Source: Clostridia bacterium
GTDB lineage: Bacteria; Bacillota; Clostridia; Oscillospirales; CAG-272
Length of the DNA: 64,000 bases
Direction of reading: 5' to 3'
Assembly: GCA_017531925.1 (NCBI GenBank)
Contig: JAFXKD010000005.1
Span: 10,817 to 74,816 of the forward strand
The first letter of the stretch is position 1. Every line of letters starts with the position of its first letter. Under the pieces are notes generated by a model. It was not told where the DNA came from, made no database searches, and was given only the letters and a program-made list of their open reading frames with translations. Shown here in pieces: positions 9,688 through 19,800 of this stretch. The translations under genes and the position numbers were made by a program.

Positions 9688-9717
9688 CAAAAAAATCGCT
9701 CACAAGCCGTGAGCGAT
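9688..9717 (-). terminator. Rho-independent terminator after ftsZ
   Basis: atcgctcac / gtgagcgat stem, followed on the minus strand by TTTTTTT. Confidence 0.75.
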
Positions 9718-9736
9718 TTTTTATGTAATTTAAAAA

Positions 9737-10825
9737 TTATCTCTTGAATACGGAGAAGAGATCGTCAAAGTCGAGATCGTCGGACTCTTCGGGAGCGGGC
9801 TCTGCCTTCTTCTCTTCCTTCTTGGGAGCCTCTGCCTTCTTAGCAACCTGAGCAGCCTGATCCTCAAACTTCTTTTCAAAGCCTGTAGCGATGATGGTAA
9901 TTCTCATCTCGTCCTCAAGCTCGGGATCAAAAGCAACACCCCAGATAACGTTCGCATCGGGATTAGCCTCCTGAGCGATCATAGTGGAAGCAACGTCAAC
10001 GTCCTCAAGTCCAACGTCGGGAGAAGCGGTAATGCTGATAAGCACGCCGGATGCACCCTTGATGGATGTTTCAAGAAGAGGACTGGAGATAGCAGCCTTA
10101 GCCGCAAGCTCTGCCTTATCCTTACCTGTTGCGTTACCAACGCCCATATGAGCGTAGCCCGCATCCTTCATAACGGATGTAACGTCTGCAAAGTCAAGGT
10201 TGATGAACGCAGAAACGTTGATAAGCTCGGAAATACTCTGAACACCGCGGCGAAGAACGTCGTCCGCAGCCTCAAAAGCGTTTGCGAGAGTAATTCTTGT
10301 ATCGGATGTCTGCTTAAGTCTTTCGTTGGGAATGACAACGAGAGCGTCAACGTAGGAAGAAAGAGCAGCAATGCCGTCCTCTGCCTGATTCATTCTTCTT
10401 GTACCCTCAAAAGCAAAGGGCTTGGTTACGATAGCAACCGTAAGAATGTCCATCTCTCTTGCAATTCTTGCAACTACGGGAGCAGCTCCCGTACCTGTGC
10501 CGCCGCCCATACCTGCGGTGATAAAGCACATATCCGCGCCGGAAAGAAGAGCCTTGATATCGTCAACGGACTCCTCAGCAGAGCGAGTACCGATAACGGG
10601 GTTAGCACCTGCTCCAAAGCCCTTTGTTACCTTTTCACCGATAACGAGCTGAACGGATGCGTCACTTCTCTTAAGCGCCTGTCTGTCTGTGTTGATAGCA
10701 ATGAATTCAACGCCCTTTATATTTGTATTGATCATACGGTTAACAGCGTTGTTACCGCCGCCGCCTACACCAATAACCTTAATATTAACGCCACTGCTCA
10801 TGCTGTCGTCGTGTTCAAAAATCAT
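9737..10825 (-). CDS. ftsZ: Cell division GTPase FtsZ
   Basis: [17 protein letters not shown] and the tubulin signature [11 protein letters not shown]. Acidic/Lys-rich linker and conserved C-terminal peptide [17 protein letters not shown] at 10825 lies 8 nt after GGAGG. Confidence 0.95.
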   Translation of the reverse strand: MIFEHDDSMSSGVNIKVIGVGGGGNNAVNRMINTNIKGVEFIAINTDRQALKRSDASVQLVIGEKVTKGFGAGANPVIGTRSAEESVDDIKALLSGADMCFITAGMGGGTGTGAAPVVARIAREMDILTVAIVTKPFAFEGTRRMNQAEDGIAALSSYVDALVVIPNERLKQTSDTRITLANAFEAADDVLRRGVQSISELINVSAFINLDFADVTSVMKDAGYAHMGVGNATGKDKAELAAKAAISSPLLETSIKGASGVLISITASPDVGLEDVDVASTMIAQEANPDANVIWGVAFDPELEDEMRITIIATGFEKKFEDQAAQVAKKAEAPKKEEKKAEPAPEESDDLDFDDLFSVFKR

Positions 10826-10949
10826 TATGATATCCTCCAAATTTCACAAAAATAAATGATAAGTTCGTCCAATATATATAATAATATATTTTTAGAATAA
10901 AAGCAAGAGTTTTTTTGTATTTTTTGTGAAAAATCGAAGATTTTTTTAA

Positions 10950-12059
10950 TTATTTTTTGATAAGTGCCAAAATCTCGCCGTAAATGTGCTTGTTGGCATC
11001 GGATTTTGCAAACTCCGATATATTTTTTTCAAGCTCACTTCTCTTCTCAGGTGATGCTGCAAGTCCGTCAACCGTATCCGAGAATAATGCATCGTCAAGT
11101 CCGCTCTCCTCAAGCATAACGACCGCTCCCGCATCTGCAAGCACCTTTGCATTTTTATACTGATGATTGTCAACAACGTTGGGAGAAGGTATCATAACGC
11201 ACGCCTTTTTCATCATAGCAAGCTCCGATATCGTCATAGCACCCGCGCGGCAAATAATTATGTCGGCAGCACTCATTCTCACGTGCATATCGTGGATGTA
11301 TTCCATCATGCAAAGATCCTCGTTCTTATCAAGCCCCGCCGCCTTGAATTGAGCGGAAAAATCCTCATAATAGTTTTTTCCCGTCGCGAGATGACAGATG
11401 ACATCGCCCCCCTGCTTATCAAGATGCTTCATATAAGCAAAGACCGTCTCGTTTATTCTCTGCGCGCCAAGGCTTCCTCCAAAGGCAAGCACATAGGTCT
11501 TTTCGTCCGGAATACCGAGCTTCTCTCTTGCGCTCTGGTAATCAAAGCCTCCAAATCCGCCTCTTAAGGGATTGCCAACGTGGACCACCTTTTCCTTTGC
11601 GGCTATGTAGGCCTCCGTCTCCTTAAAATTGACGAGTATCTTATCAAGACTGCCCTGAAGCTGTCTTATCGCAAGTCCGGGACGCGCGTTGGACTCATGC
11701 GCAACCGTGGGTATCCCCATTCTCGCCGCGACCTTAAGCGCGGGCCAGCAAACGTATCCGCCCGTACCTATAACTATGTCCGGCTTAAACTCCTTTATTA
11801 TGCGCTTAGCCTCAAATTGCGAGCTTATCATAAGAAACGCCGCCTTGATATTCCTTGGAGAAAGAGAGCGGCTTACTCCCATAATATTTACGTGGTGGAG
11901 CTTATAGCCCTCCTTGGTAACAAGTGTATTTTCAAGTCCGCGCGCAGTTCCCACAAATTCGATCTGCGCATTGGGATCATTCTTTTTTATCGTGCTTGCA
12001 ATTGCGAGAGCAGGATTTATATGTCCAGCAGTTCCTCCGCCCGTCATTAAAACTCTCAT
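10950..12059 (-). CDS. murG: UDP-N-acetylglucosamine--N-acetylmuramyl-(pentapeptide) pyrophosphoryl-undecaprenol GlcNAc transferase
   Basis: N-terminal TGGGTAGHINPALA. Length and dcw-cluster context fit. The start could instead be the ATG at 12068. Confidence 0.93.
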   Translation of the reverse strand: MRVLMTGGGTAGHINPALAIASTIKKNDPNAQIEFVGTARGLENTLVTKEGYKLHHVNIMGVSRSLSPRNIKAAFLMISSQFEAKRIIKEFKPDIVIGTGGYVCWPALKVAARMGIPTVAHESNARPGLAIRQLQGSLDKILVNFKETEAYIAAKEKVVHVGNPLRGGFGGFDYQSAREKLGIPDEKTYVLAFGGSLGAQRINETVFAYMKHLDKQGGDVICHLATGKNYYEDFSAQFKAAGLDKNEDLCMMEYIHDMHVRMSAADIIICRAGAMTISELAMMKKACVMIPSPNVVDNHQYKNAKVLADAGAVVMLEESGLDDALFSDTVDGLAASPEKRSELEKNISEFAKSDANKHIYGEILALIKK

Positions 12060-12072
12060 ATTTTTCATCCTT

Positions 12073-13362
12073 TCATTTTTTTCGTATTGAACTGTATTTT
12101 GATACCGAAAGTATTATTCCCATCTCAAATATCTGGAGCGCGAGCGACGTACCGCCCGAGCTGAAGAACGGCAGGGATATTCCCGTATTTGGCATGGAAT
12201 TAGTCACCACCGCAATATTAAGCGCCGCTTGAAGCGCCACCTTGAAGGTAAGCCCGAAAACAAGTAGCGAGGTATATGCATCAGGAGCGCGCGATGCTAT
12301 TTTAAAGCCTCTTATAACGAGAAGGCAGAACAGACCTATAACGGCAAGCGCGCCGAAGAATCCAAGCTCCTCGCAAATTATCGTAAATATAAAATCATTC
12401 TGCGGCTGGGATACGTATCCGTGCTTTTGGCGGCTGTTTCCAAGCCCAACACCGAAAAGTCCTCCCGAACCTATAGCATACAATCCCTGAAGCGTCTGCC
12501 ACGCAGGACCCAGAGGATCGACCTTTTCTATATAGAGCCAGGTGTTCACCCTCTCCTGAGCGTAATCGGAAACAAGGATGAGCGCACATCCCGCCACCGC
12601 AATAAAGCCGAGGATCAAGGCTATCCACTTTGCGCGTGTTCCGCCCATGTACATAACCGCGATCCCTATCATTCCCACTATCATAAGCCCCGAAATATGC
12701 TTTTCAAGAGCTATGAGAATACACACCGCGCCAAATATGCACGCGGGATACAGAACTCCGTATTTAATATCCGAGCGATCAAGCTTTCGTTGTGCTATCC
12801 TGTCGGAATATTTGGACATATATAGCGCAAGCATCATAACGACGCCCGTTTTTGCTATCTCCGAGGGCTGGACCGTGATAAATCCAAGATCGAGCCATCT
12901 CTGCGCTCCTCCTCCGTCACTGCCGATAAAAATAACAAGAACGAGTAAAACGAGCGATACTCCGTAAAGCCCCGTTCCAAACGCCTTCCAAAAGCGCGGA
13001 GTGGCGTATATCACAAAAAGCAAGGTTATGATAGCTGCCGCCACGGCAAAAATAACGTATCGCACGGTAAAATACCAATCGTCGCCATACTTCTGCTCTG
13101 CATAGACATAGCTTGCGCTGTGTGAGGTGATCGCTCCAAAACAAAGTAAAACGATTACATATATGAGAAAGCGCACGTCCACGCCGCTTCTATAAGTAAC
13201 CGTTTTGCTCTTCCCCTCCGAAACGGCGGAGGCACCGTCGGGCGCAATCGGTCGGGAACGGGGTATATCCCCCGAATACCGTTTTTCGCGCCGCGATTCT
13301 AAATATTTATTTATTTTTTCTTTTATTCTTTTATACTTCTTGACCGCTACGCTCTCTGCCAA
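12073..13362 (-). CDS. ftsW: SEDS-family peptidoglycan glycosyltransferase (FtsW/SpoVE/RodA family)
   Basis: About 10 TM helices. Conserved C-terminal NTGISLPFFSSGGTS motif. Sits between mraY and murG. Only a TTG start (13362) is available upstream of the first TM segment. Confidence 0.88.
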   Translation of the reverse strand: MAESVAVKKYKRIKEKINKYLESRREKRYSGDIPRSRPIAPDGASAVSEGKSKTVTYRSGVDVRFLIYVIVLLCFGAITSHSASYVYAEQKYGDDWYFTVRYVIFAVAAAIITLLFVIYATPRFWKAFGTGLYGVSLVLLVLVIFIGSDGGGAQRWLDLGFITVQPSEIAKTGVVMMLALYMSKYSDRIAQRKLDRSDIKYGVLYPACIFGAVCILIALEKHISGLMIVGMIGIAVMYMGGTRAKWIALILGFIAVAGCALILVSDYAQERVNTWLYIEKVDPLGPAWQTLQGLYAIGSGGLFGVGLGNSRQKHGYVSQPQNDFIFTIICEELGFFGALAVIGLFCLLVIRGFKIASRAPDAYTSLLVFGLTFKVALQAALNIAVVTNSMPNTGISLPFFSSGGTSLALQIFEMGIILSVSKYSSIRKK

Positions 13363-13365
13363 GGC

Positions 13366-14352
13366 TTATATACCGAAATAAGCAAGCACGCAGAACGCGA
13401 GCGTTACGAGTGAGAATATCACAACGATCTTTATCTCACTCCAACCGCATTTTTCAAAATGATGATGAATGGGCGCCATCTTGAAAACTCTGATCTTTCT
13501 ACCGGAAAGCTTGAAAACACCGACCTGGATTATATCCGAAGCCGCCTCGATAAGATAGATGATACCTACGAGAAAGATTATCATCGGCTCGTCAAGCACA
13601 AAGACCGCACCAACCACGAGACCACCGAGAAAGAGCGAGCCCGTATCACCCATAAACACCCTTGCAGGATAGAAATTGTAAACCAGAAATCCCGCCGTCG
13701 CGCCAACGAGCGCAGCACCGATGAGAATAAGGATCTTATCATTAAGGCTCATACCTACCGCAGCAAAGAAGAGTCCCACTACAAGTGTAACCGAGCTTGC
13801 AAGACCGTCAATGCCGTCCGTAAGGTTTACGCTGTTTACAAAGCCGATAATAAGCACGAAGGCAAAAACGTAATAGAACCAGCCAAGCTCAAGGCTTACA
13901 CTCGTAAAAGGAATGTGAAGAGCGGTATTTATATTATCCGTCAGCGACATAGCCGCAAGATAAAGGATCGCCGCAAGGGACTGAAGAATGATCTTCTGCT
14001 TTGCGGTAAATCCCTCGTTCTGCTTCTTAACAAGCTTGGTATAATCGTCAAAAAATCCTATCATACCGTTAAGCACCGCAAGACCCAGTGCAAGAGCGAG
14101 AGGGATAAGCTCTCCGCTTTCGCCGTTTACATCAAAAATAATAGCAACAATAACCATAACTGCCAATATTGCCATAATAAAGCAGATGCCGCCCATAGTG
14201 GGAGTACCTGCTTTATTCTTGTGCCAACGGGGTCCGATCTCAAGGATCTTCTGACCGACCTTACGGCTTTGCAATATGGGAATTATGAGCTTTTCAAGTA
14301 TTACCGTAACAAAGAATACGGCAAGTGCAACTGTAATAAACTCAATAATCAT
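13366..14352 (-). CDS. mraY: Phospho-N-acetylmuramoyl-pentapeptide transferase
   Basis: Motifs KAGTPTMGG, NLTDGIDGLA, GDTGSLFLGG, APIHHHFE. Confidence 0.95.
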   Translation of the reverse strand: MIIEFITVALAVFFVTVILEKLIIPILQSRKVGQKILEIGPRWHKNKAGTPTMGGICFIMAILAVMVIVAIIFDVNGESGELIPLALALGLAVLNGMIGFFDDYTKLVKKQNEGFTAKQKIILQSLAAILYLAAMSLTDNINTALHIPFTSVSLELGWFYYVFAFVLIIGFVNSVNLTDGIDGLASSVTLVVGLFFAAVGMSLNDKILILIGAALVGATAGFLVYNFYPARVFMGDTGSLFLGGLVVGAVFVLDEPMIIFLVGIIYLIEAASDIIQVGVFKLSGRKIRVFKMAPIHHHFEKCGWSEIKIVVIFSLVTLAFCVLAYFGI

Positions 14353-14366
14353 TTTGTCCTCTTAAA

Positions 14367-15788
14367 TCAAACCAACTGTGCTTTAACGTAATTAAGCACG
14401 TTCTCAGCCGCAATGGAGCGGCTCGCCTTAACGAGAAGCACGTCTCCGCTCTTAAGAACGCCGAGAAGCTTCTTACCAACGCTCTCCGCGTCCGTTACAG
14501 GGCTTCTGAATATCTGCTTTTCGCTCATTCCGTTTGCCGCCGCGCCGTCAGCGAGATTTTTTGATGAAAGCTCGCCGTAGGTAAAGAGGAAATCGGGATG
14601 CTTTTCTGCAAGATAAGAGCCAACACCTGCGTGGAGCGCAGGACTCGTAGCACCAAGCTCCTTCATATCGCCGAGAAGCGCGATCATTCTTCCGCCGTTG
14701 CGCTTTGCGGTAACACCGAGAACATTGATAGCCGCGTGCATTGACTCGGGGCTTGCATTGTAGCAGTCCTCGATAACGGTAACACCGCCGACCTCGTAGA
14801 TATTCTGGCGCATTCCCGCGGGAACGTAGGAAATAAGGCCCTCTCTTATCTGCACTTCATTCATATTCATGCTAAGACCCACCGAGAAGGCTACCATAGC
14901 ATTGTAAACGTTATGCTCGCCCGCAAGGCTGATCTCGATATTCTTGTATTCGCCATCGGGTGTTCTCATATCGAAAACGAGTCCCCCGTCAGCCTCTCTT
15001 ACGTTGCTTGCAAAATAATCGCAGGCTTCGTTCTTCATACCGAAGTAAAGAGTATTGTATCTATCGCTCTTATGATCTGCAAGCAAGGGCTCGTCGCCGT
15101 TTAAGAAAAGCGTACCGCCGTCGCGGAGTCCTGAGGTGATCTCCATCTTTGCTCTGCAGATGTTCTCTCTTGAGCCAAGAGCCTCAAGGTGTGAGGAGCC
15201 GATATTCGTAACGATGGCAACGTCGGGCTTTGCAGCCTCGCTCATATACTCGATCTCACCGAGACCGCTCATACCCATCTCAAATACCGCCGCATCGTTT
15301 TTCTGACTAAGCTCAAGCATACTCATAGGCATACCAATCGTAGAGTTGAAATTTCCCGTAGTCTTATAAAGCTTATATTTTCTGTCAAGCACGGCTGAAA
15401 CGAATTCCTTTGTGGTAGTCTTACCAACCGAGCCCGTGATAGCAACCGTCTTAACGTCAACCTGACTCTTAACGTATTCCGCGATATCACGGATAGCGCG
15501 AACAGAGTCCTGAACAAGGATGACCGCGATTCCCTTAACGTCAAGGGGGATCCTCTCTGCGATAACGCAGCGGCAGCCCTGCTTAACTACGTTTGAAATG
15601 AAGGAATGTCCGTCAACTCTCTCGCCGCGGATAGCTACGAACATAGATGTGTTGTCCGCCTCGCGTGAGTCGGTGCATACCGTCTCGAAAAGGACCTTAT
15701 GCTCGCACGCAACGGAATAAAGAGTGCCACCGCAGATCGATGCCACCTTATCAGCCGTAAGACGTCCAAGACCAAGTCTTATCTTCAT
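14367..15788 (-). CDS. murF: UDP-N-acetylmuramoyl-tripeptide--D-alanyl-D-alanine ligase
   Basis: Mur ligase P-loop ITGSVGKTTTKE. Length and position after murE fit. Confidence 0.93.
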   Translation of the reverse strand: MKIRLGLGRLTADKVASICGGTLYSVACEHKVLFETVCTDSREADNTSMFVAIRGERVDGHSFISNVVKQGCRCVIAERIPLDVKGIAVILVQDSVRAIRDIAEYVKSQVDVKTVAITGSVGKTTTKEFVSAVLDRKYKLYKTTGNFNSTIGMPMSMLELSQKNDAAVFEMGMSGLGEIEYMSEAAKPDVAIVTNIGSSHLEALGSRENICRAKMEITSGLRDGGTLFLNGDEPLLADHKSDRYNTLYFGMKNEACDYFASNVREADGGLVFDMRTPDGEYKNIEISLAGEHNVYNAMVAFSVGLSMNMNEVQIREGLISYVPAGMRQNIYEVGGVTVIEDCYNASPESMHAAINVLGVTAKRNGGRMIALLGDMKELGATSPALHAGVGSYLAEKHPDFLFTYGELSSKNLADGAAANGMSEKQIFRSPVTDAESVGKKLLGVLKSGDVLLVKASRSIAAENVLNYVKAQLV

Positions 15789-15791
15789 AGC

Positions 15792-17264
15792 TCATTCCTC
15801 CTTTTTCTTTTTATCATTTATCTCGCGGATTATCTCCCTCTCATCAAAATGAAAGCGACCGCGACCGTTAATTTCGTAATTTTCGTGTCCCTTGCCCGCA
15901 AGGAGAACCACGTCACCCTCGCGTGCGAGTGCCATCGCGCAGCCGATAGCGTTTTTTCTGTTTTGAATAACTATATATTCTTTGCTTTTGTCTATCCCTT
16001 GAAGGATATCGTTTATAATGCTTTCAGGATCCTCGCTTCGCGGATTATCATCCGTAATCACCGTAATATCCGCAAACGCCGTTGCGATGCCGCCCATCTT
16101 GGCTCGCTTCTCTTTTTCGCGATCCCCGCCGCATCCGAAAAGCAGAATGATCCTCGATCCTTCCCTTTTGAAGCTCCGAACGGCTATTAATAGCTGCTCA
16201 AGAGCATCGGGCGTGTGAGCATAATCAATAAAAATATCATATCCAAGCTCGTCGGACTCCGGGACTCTCTCAAGCCTTCCGCGAACACCCGAAAATCTCT
16301 CGATCGCTCTCTCTGCATCCTCTCTGCCGATCCCAAGCTCAATAGCCGCGGCTATCGCCTGCATCGAATTCATCACCGAAAAGCCACCGGGAGCTCTGCA
16401 AAAAGCGTTTATGCGCTCAGCTTGCGTTTTTATAGTATATTTCGTTCCGTGCTCGCCAAAATAACTAATGGATTCAGCAAAATAATCCGCTTTTTCCGTA
16501 AGCGAGCAGGTCTTAGCGGAGCATTTTGCACTTTGCAAAATTCTTTTTCCGTAATCTCCGTCAATATTTATTATTCCAAGCTTGCACTTATCAAATAAGC
16601 AAAGCTTCGATTTGAAATAATCTTCCATATCACCGTGGAAATCAAGGTGATCCTCGGTAAGATTGGTAAAAATTCCAACCTCGAAATCGATCGGCTCAAG
16701 CTTGTGCAGCTTCAGGGCGTGTGAGCTTGCCTCCATCACTACCCACTCGATCCCGGCGTCCGAGATCCTTCGGAGCATTGGATATAGCTCCTCAGGATCG
16801 GGCGTTGTGAAATTTTTTGCGGAGTCATCGGATTTTTCGGAAAAGGACGAACAATTCAGAGTCCCGATGATCTCACAGTCTCTTTTGGAAGAATCAAAAA
16901 TATGTTTAATCATAACCGACACGCTCGTTTTACCGTTCGTACCCGTTACACCAATAAGCTTTAGCTTTTTCGTCGGCTCACCGCAAAGGACGTTCATAGC
17001 CCTCGCAAGCGATGCCCTCGTGTTTTCGACCGTGATCGAGCGATCGCACGCGTATCTCTTATCCTCGATCACCGCGGCATAAGCTCCCCTTTCAAGGGCG
17101 GCTCTAATATAGCGATGACCGTCATCCCTCGTACCGCTAAGGCAGAAGAAAAGATAATTTCTCTTGACCCTTCTCGAATCCGAGGTTATCTCCTCGATCT
17201 CCGCATCCGCAAGATGTGGGGGACAATCTATATTTGCTCCGCGGCAGATATCGTAAAGTCTCAT
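15792..17264 (-). CDS. murE: UDP-N-acetylmuramoyl-L-alanyl-D-glutamate--2,6-diaminopimelate (or L-lysine) ligase
   Basis: Mur ligase P-loop GVTGTNGKTS. DYAHTPDALE motif. GKGHE near the C-terminus. Confidence 0.93.
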   Translation of the reverse strand: MRLYDICRGANIDCPPHLADAEIEEITSDSRRVKRNYLFFCLSGTRDDGHRYIRAALERGAYAAVIEDKRYACDRSITVENTRASLARAMNVLCGEPTKKLKLIGVTGTNGKTSVSVMIKHIFDSSKRDCEIIGTLNCSSFSEKSDDSAKNFTTPDPEELYPMLRRISDAGIEWVVMEASSHALKLHKLEPIDFEVGIFTNLTEDHLDFHGDMEDYFKSKLCLFDKCKLGIINIDGDYGKRILQSAKCSAKTCSLTEKADYFAESISYFGEHGTKYTIKTQAERINAFCRAPGGFSVMNSMQAIAAAIELGIGREDAERAIERFSGVRGRLERVPESDELGYDIFIDYAHTPDALEQLLIAVRSFKREGSRIILLFGCGGDREKEKRAKMGGIATAFADITVITDDNPRSEDPESIINDILQGIDKSKEYIVIQNRKNAIGCAMALAREGDVVLLAGKGHENYEINGRGRFHFDEREIIREINDKKKKEE

Positions 17265-17302
17265 AAAGCCTCCATTTTTTGAAATGCTTTAAACTTCCTT
17301 TA

Positions 17303-19567
17303 TCAGTCGGGATCTTCGTATCTTAGTCTTATAGTTATTACCGTTCCCTCGGGAACGTAGGTGCCGGCTCCTATCGATTGCTCAACGACCGTCGCACCGC
17401 CTCCGCTGAGGTAGTTATCCGTACCCGTAATGCAAACGTTGAGTCCTGCATCAGCAAGGAGCTGATTTGCGACAAATGCGTTCTTGCCCACCAGGGATGG
17501 TACGGCAACACTTCCCTCCTCACGGGCATCCCCCGTGTAAAGAGTCAACGTCCTGTTATTTTTATCTATCAAAGCGTCCGCTCGTGGGATCTGACTCGTT
17601 ACGTACTCACCGTCTCCCTTGACGTTCACCTTGTATCCAAGCTCCTCCGCCCACGAAAGCGCAGAGGAAAGCTCCATATTTTCAAAATTCGGAACGCTCA
17701 CCTCGTTAACGAGTGCCTCGTCCCTCTGCACTCCGATATACGGAAGCACAGTTTCAAGAAAAGCTCCAACGTACGGCGCGGCTACCACACTTCCGTAAAG
17801 TACGCCGCGGCTCGGCTCGTCAACCATCATAAGCACCGCTATCTCGGGATCGTCCGCAGGAGCGAATGCAACGCACGAGCAAACGTAAGCCTTAACACCC
17901 TCAACGCGTATCTCTGTTCCCTTCTTTTCGCTCGTTCCGGTCTTTGCGGCTATCTTGTAGCCCGCAACGTAAACGTTCTTCGCGCCTCCGTCACCCGAAA
18001 CACCGCTCTCAAGTATCTCTGCAACAGTCTTGCAGACATCACTACTTATCACCTGCCGCCTAATCTGCGTTTCGTGTGAATAAGTAACAGTTCCGTCAGA
18101 GTCCGTTATGCTTTCCACTAAATACGGCTCAAGCAGATATCCGCCGTTGGCGGCTGCCGCTATCGCCATTATATGTTGAATAGGAGTTATATTAAAGTTT
18201 TGTCCGAACGCGTAGATCGCAAGGTCAAGCCCCGTCATCGCGTTCTGCGTTTTTACCACGCTGTTTCCTTCACCGGGAAGATCGATTCCCGTCTTTTCAA
18301 GATAACCGAAGGATCTGAAATAATCGTAAAACCTGCCGACGCCAAGCCTCTCGCCAAGAGTCATAAACCACACGTTGCAGGATTGCACAAGTCCCTGCGC
18401 AAAGCTGAGAGGACCGTGTCCCTTTCGCTTGTGGCAATGTATGGTGTGCCCGAATATCCTGAGCGATCCGCCGCAGCAGACCGTGTCACCCGAAAGATTT
18501 ACCTTGCCTTCGCTAAGCGCCATCGACGAGGTGAGTATCTTAAAAGTCGAACCGGGAATGTAGGAGTCGGATACCGCCTTGTTCCTCCACATATCAAAAA
18601 GATAATCCTGATATGCTTTTTCGTATTCCGCGCTTCCTTCCGCAAGTCCGTCACTCAGCAGAAAATTCGAATAATAATCGTTCAAAGTCCACGGATCGTT
18701 AAGATCGAAGCCAGGGACCGTAGCCATTGCAAGCACCGCTCCCGTTTTCACGTTAACGACGACGCCGCAGGCTCTGTTCTGCGCTCCGCTCTCGGAAATT
18801 TCCGCAAGCAGCTGCTCCTCAAGTGCGCGCTGTATATATGAATCTATCGTAGTAGTTATTTTGCTTCCGTTTTCGGCGGGAACGTACGTATCGAATTCAC
18901 CGGGCATCTCGTTGCCAAACGAATCCCGCGCGGTCAGATAATAACCGTTCGTTCCCCGAAGAGCCTCATCGTAAAACGCCTCAAGCCCGTATATTCCAAC
19001 GCCGTCCGTGTTTGTAAATCCAAGCACCGACGAGCCGAGCGAGCCGTTTGGATAGTATCTTTTATTCGTCGCCTCAAGGAATATCATATCGTGATATCCG
19101 TTCTCATCAATAAAGGCGCGCACCGCATCCGCTCTTTCATCGGATACGTCCTTAGCCACCGTCCTGTCAAGATATCGCGTGTATGTCGTATGCTTGTAAA
19201 CCTTTTCGTAATCAAGCTCCAAAATGCCCGAAAGCCCCTTTGCGATGTCCTCCGCATAACGCGTGCCAACTCCGTCCTTCTTTTGCTTTGCGGAGATCTT
19301 TGACGGCGAAATGAATACACGGTAGGTCGTGATATTCGTTGCAAGCACCTCGCCGTTCGCGTCAAGAATTATCCCGCGCTCGGCTTCGAGAATGCTCTGC
19401 GTATTCATCTGATCGATGACCTTGCTTAAATATCGGTCGTAATCGACCGTTTGTATTATCAATATTCTTCCGAGAAGCATTGCAAATACCAATAGCATTC
19501 CCACAAGAACAGTTAATGCTCTTTTAATCGTTTGAGGACTTAAGCGTCCACTCTTCAATACCTTCAC
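17303..19567 (-). CDS. Class B penicillin-binding protein (PBP2B/SpoVD/FtsI-like transpeptidase) with two C-terminal PASTA domains
   Basis: N-terminal TM anchor. Active-site motifs GSTFK, SCN, KTGT. Two PASTA-like repeats at the C-terminus. The start is uncertain: GTG at 19567 is only 1 nt from AAGGAG, and TTG at 19558 has better spacing. Confidence 0.9.
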   Translation of the reverse strand: MKVLKSGRLSPQTIKRALTVLVGMLLVFAMLLGRILIIQTVDYDRYLSKVIDQMNTQSILEAERGIILDANGEVLATNITTYRVFISPSKISAKQKKDGVGTRYAEDIAKGLSGILELDYEKVYKHTTYTRYLDRTVAKDVSDERADAVRAFIDENGYHDMIFLEATNKRYYPNGSLGSSVLGFTNTDGVGIYGLEAFYDEALRGTNGYYLTARDSFGNEMPGEFDTYVPAENGSKITTTIDSYIQRALEEQLLAEISESGAQNRACGVVVNVKTGAVLAMATVPGFDLNDPWTLNDYYSNFLLSDGLAEGSAEYEKAYQDYLFDMWRNKAVSDSYIPGSTFKILTSSMALSEGKVNLSGDTVCCGGSLRIFGHTIHCHKRKGHGPLSFAQGLVQSCNVWFMTLGERLGVGRFYDYFRSFGYLEKTGIDLPGEGNSVVKTQNAMTGLDLAIYAFGQNFNITPIQHIMAIAAAANGGYLLEPYLVESITDSDGTVTYSHETQIRRQVISSDVCKTVAEILESGVSGDGGAKNVYVAGYKIAAKTGTSEKKGTEIRVEGVKAYVCSCVAFAPADDPEIAVLMMVDEPSRGVLYGSVVAAPYVGAFLETVLPYIGVQRDEALVNEVSVPNFENMELSSALSWAEELGYKVNVKGDGEYVTSQIPRADALIDKNNRTLTLYTGDAREEGSVAVPSLVGKNAFVANQLLADAGLNVCITGTDNYLSGGGATVVEQSIGAGTYVPEGTVITIRLRYEDPD

Positions 19568-19800
19568 ACTCCTTAATCCGCACCGATTAGAAAAAATAAA
19601 CGGTGAGAGCCGGATTCAAGCAAATGGGCCGTTGCTTTTGCTCCGTGCCGTGTGTCTAACCTCCACGAAAGACACCGACCTGCTCTTCACCGTTTTTCAA
19701 ATGTGGCAAATTAAGAATTCTGCCATCTCCATCTTATTCGACGAAGACCGGCTTTATGATTTTCCATCTTGAAAATCACTCTGGTATTGTGTTTTGAAAT

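Noticed and set aside
10148-10855. Long antisense ORFs inside well-supported genes. Examples: 909-1403, 10148-10855, 13459-14391, 17378-18079, 22218-23006, 28600-29538, 34255-34929, 58062-58814, 59973-60662.
   Set aside because: Each lies entirely within and opposite a gene with clear family motifs. They have no SD and their composition is low-complexity and Arg/Ser/Leu-rich, as is typical of shadow frames.
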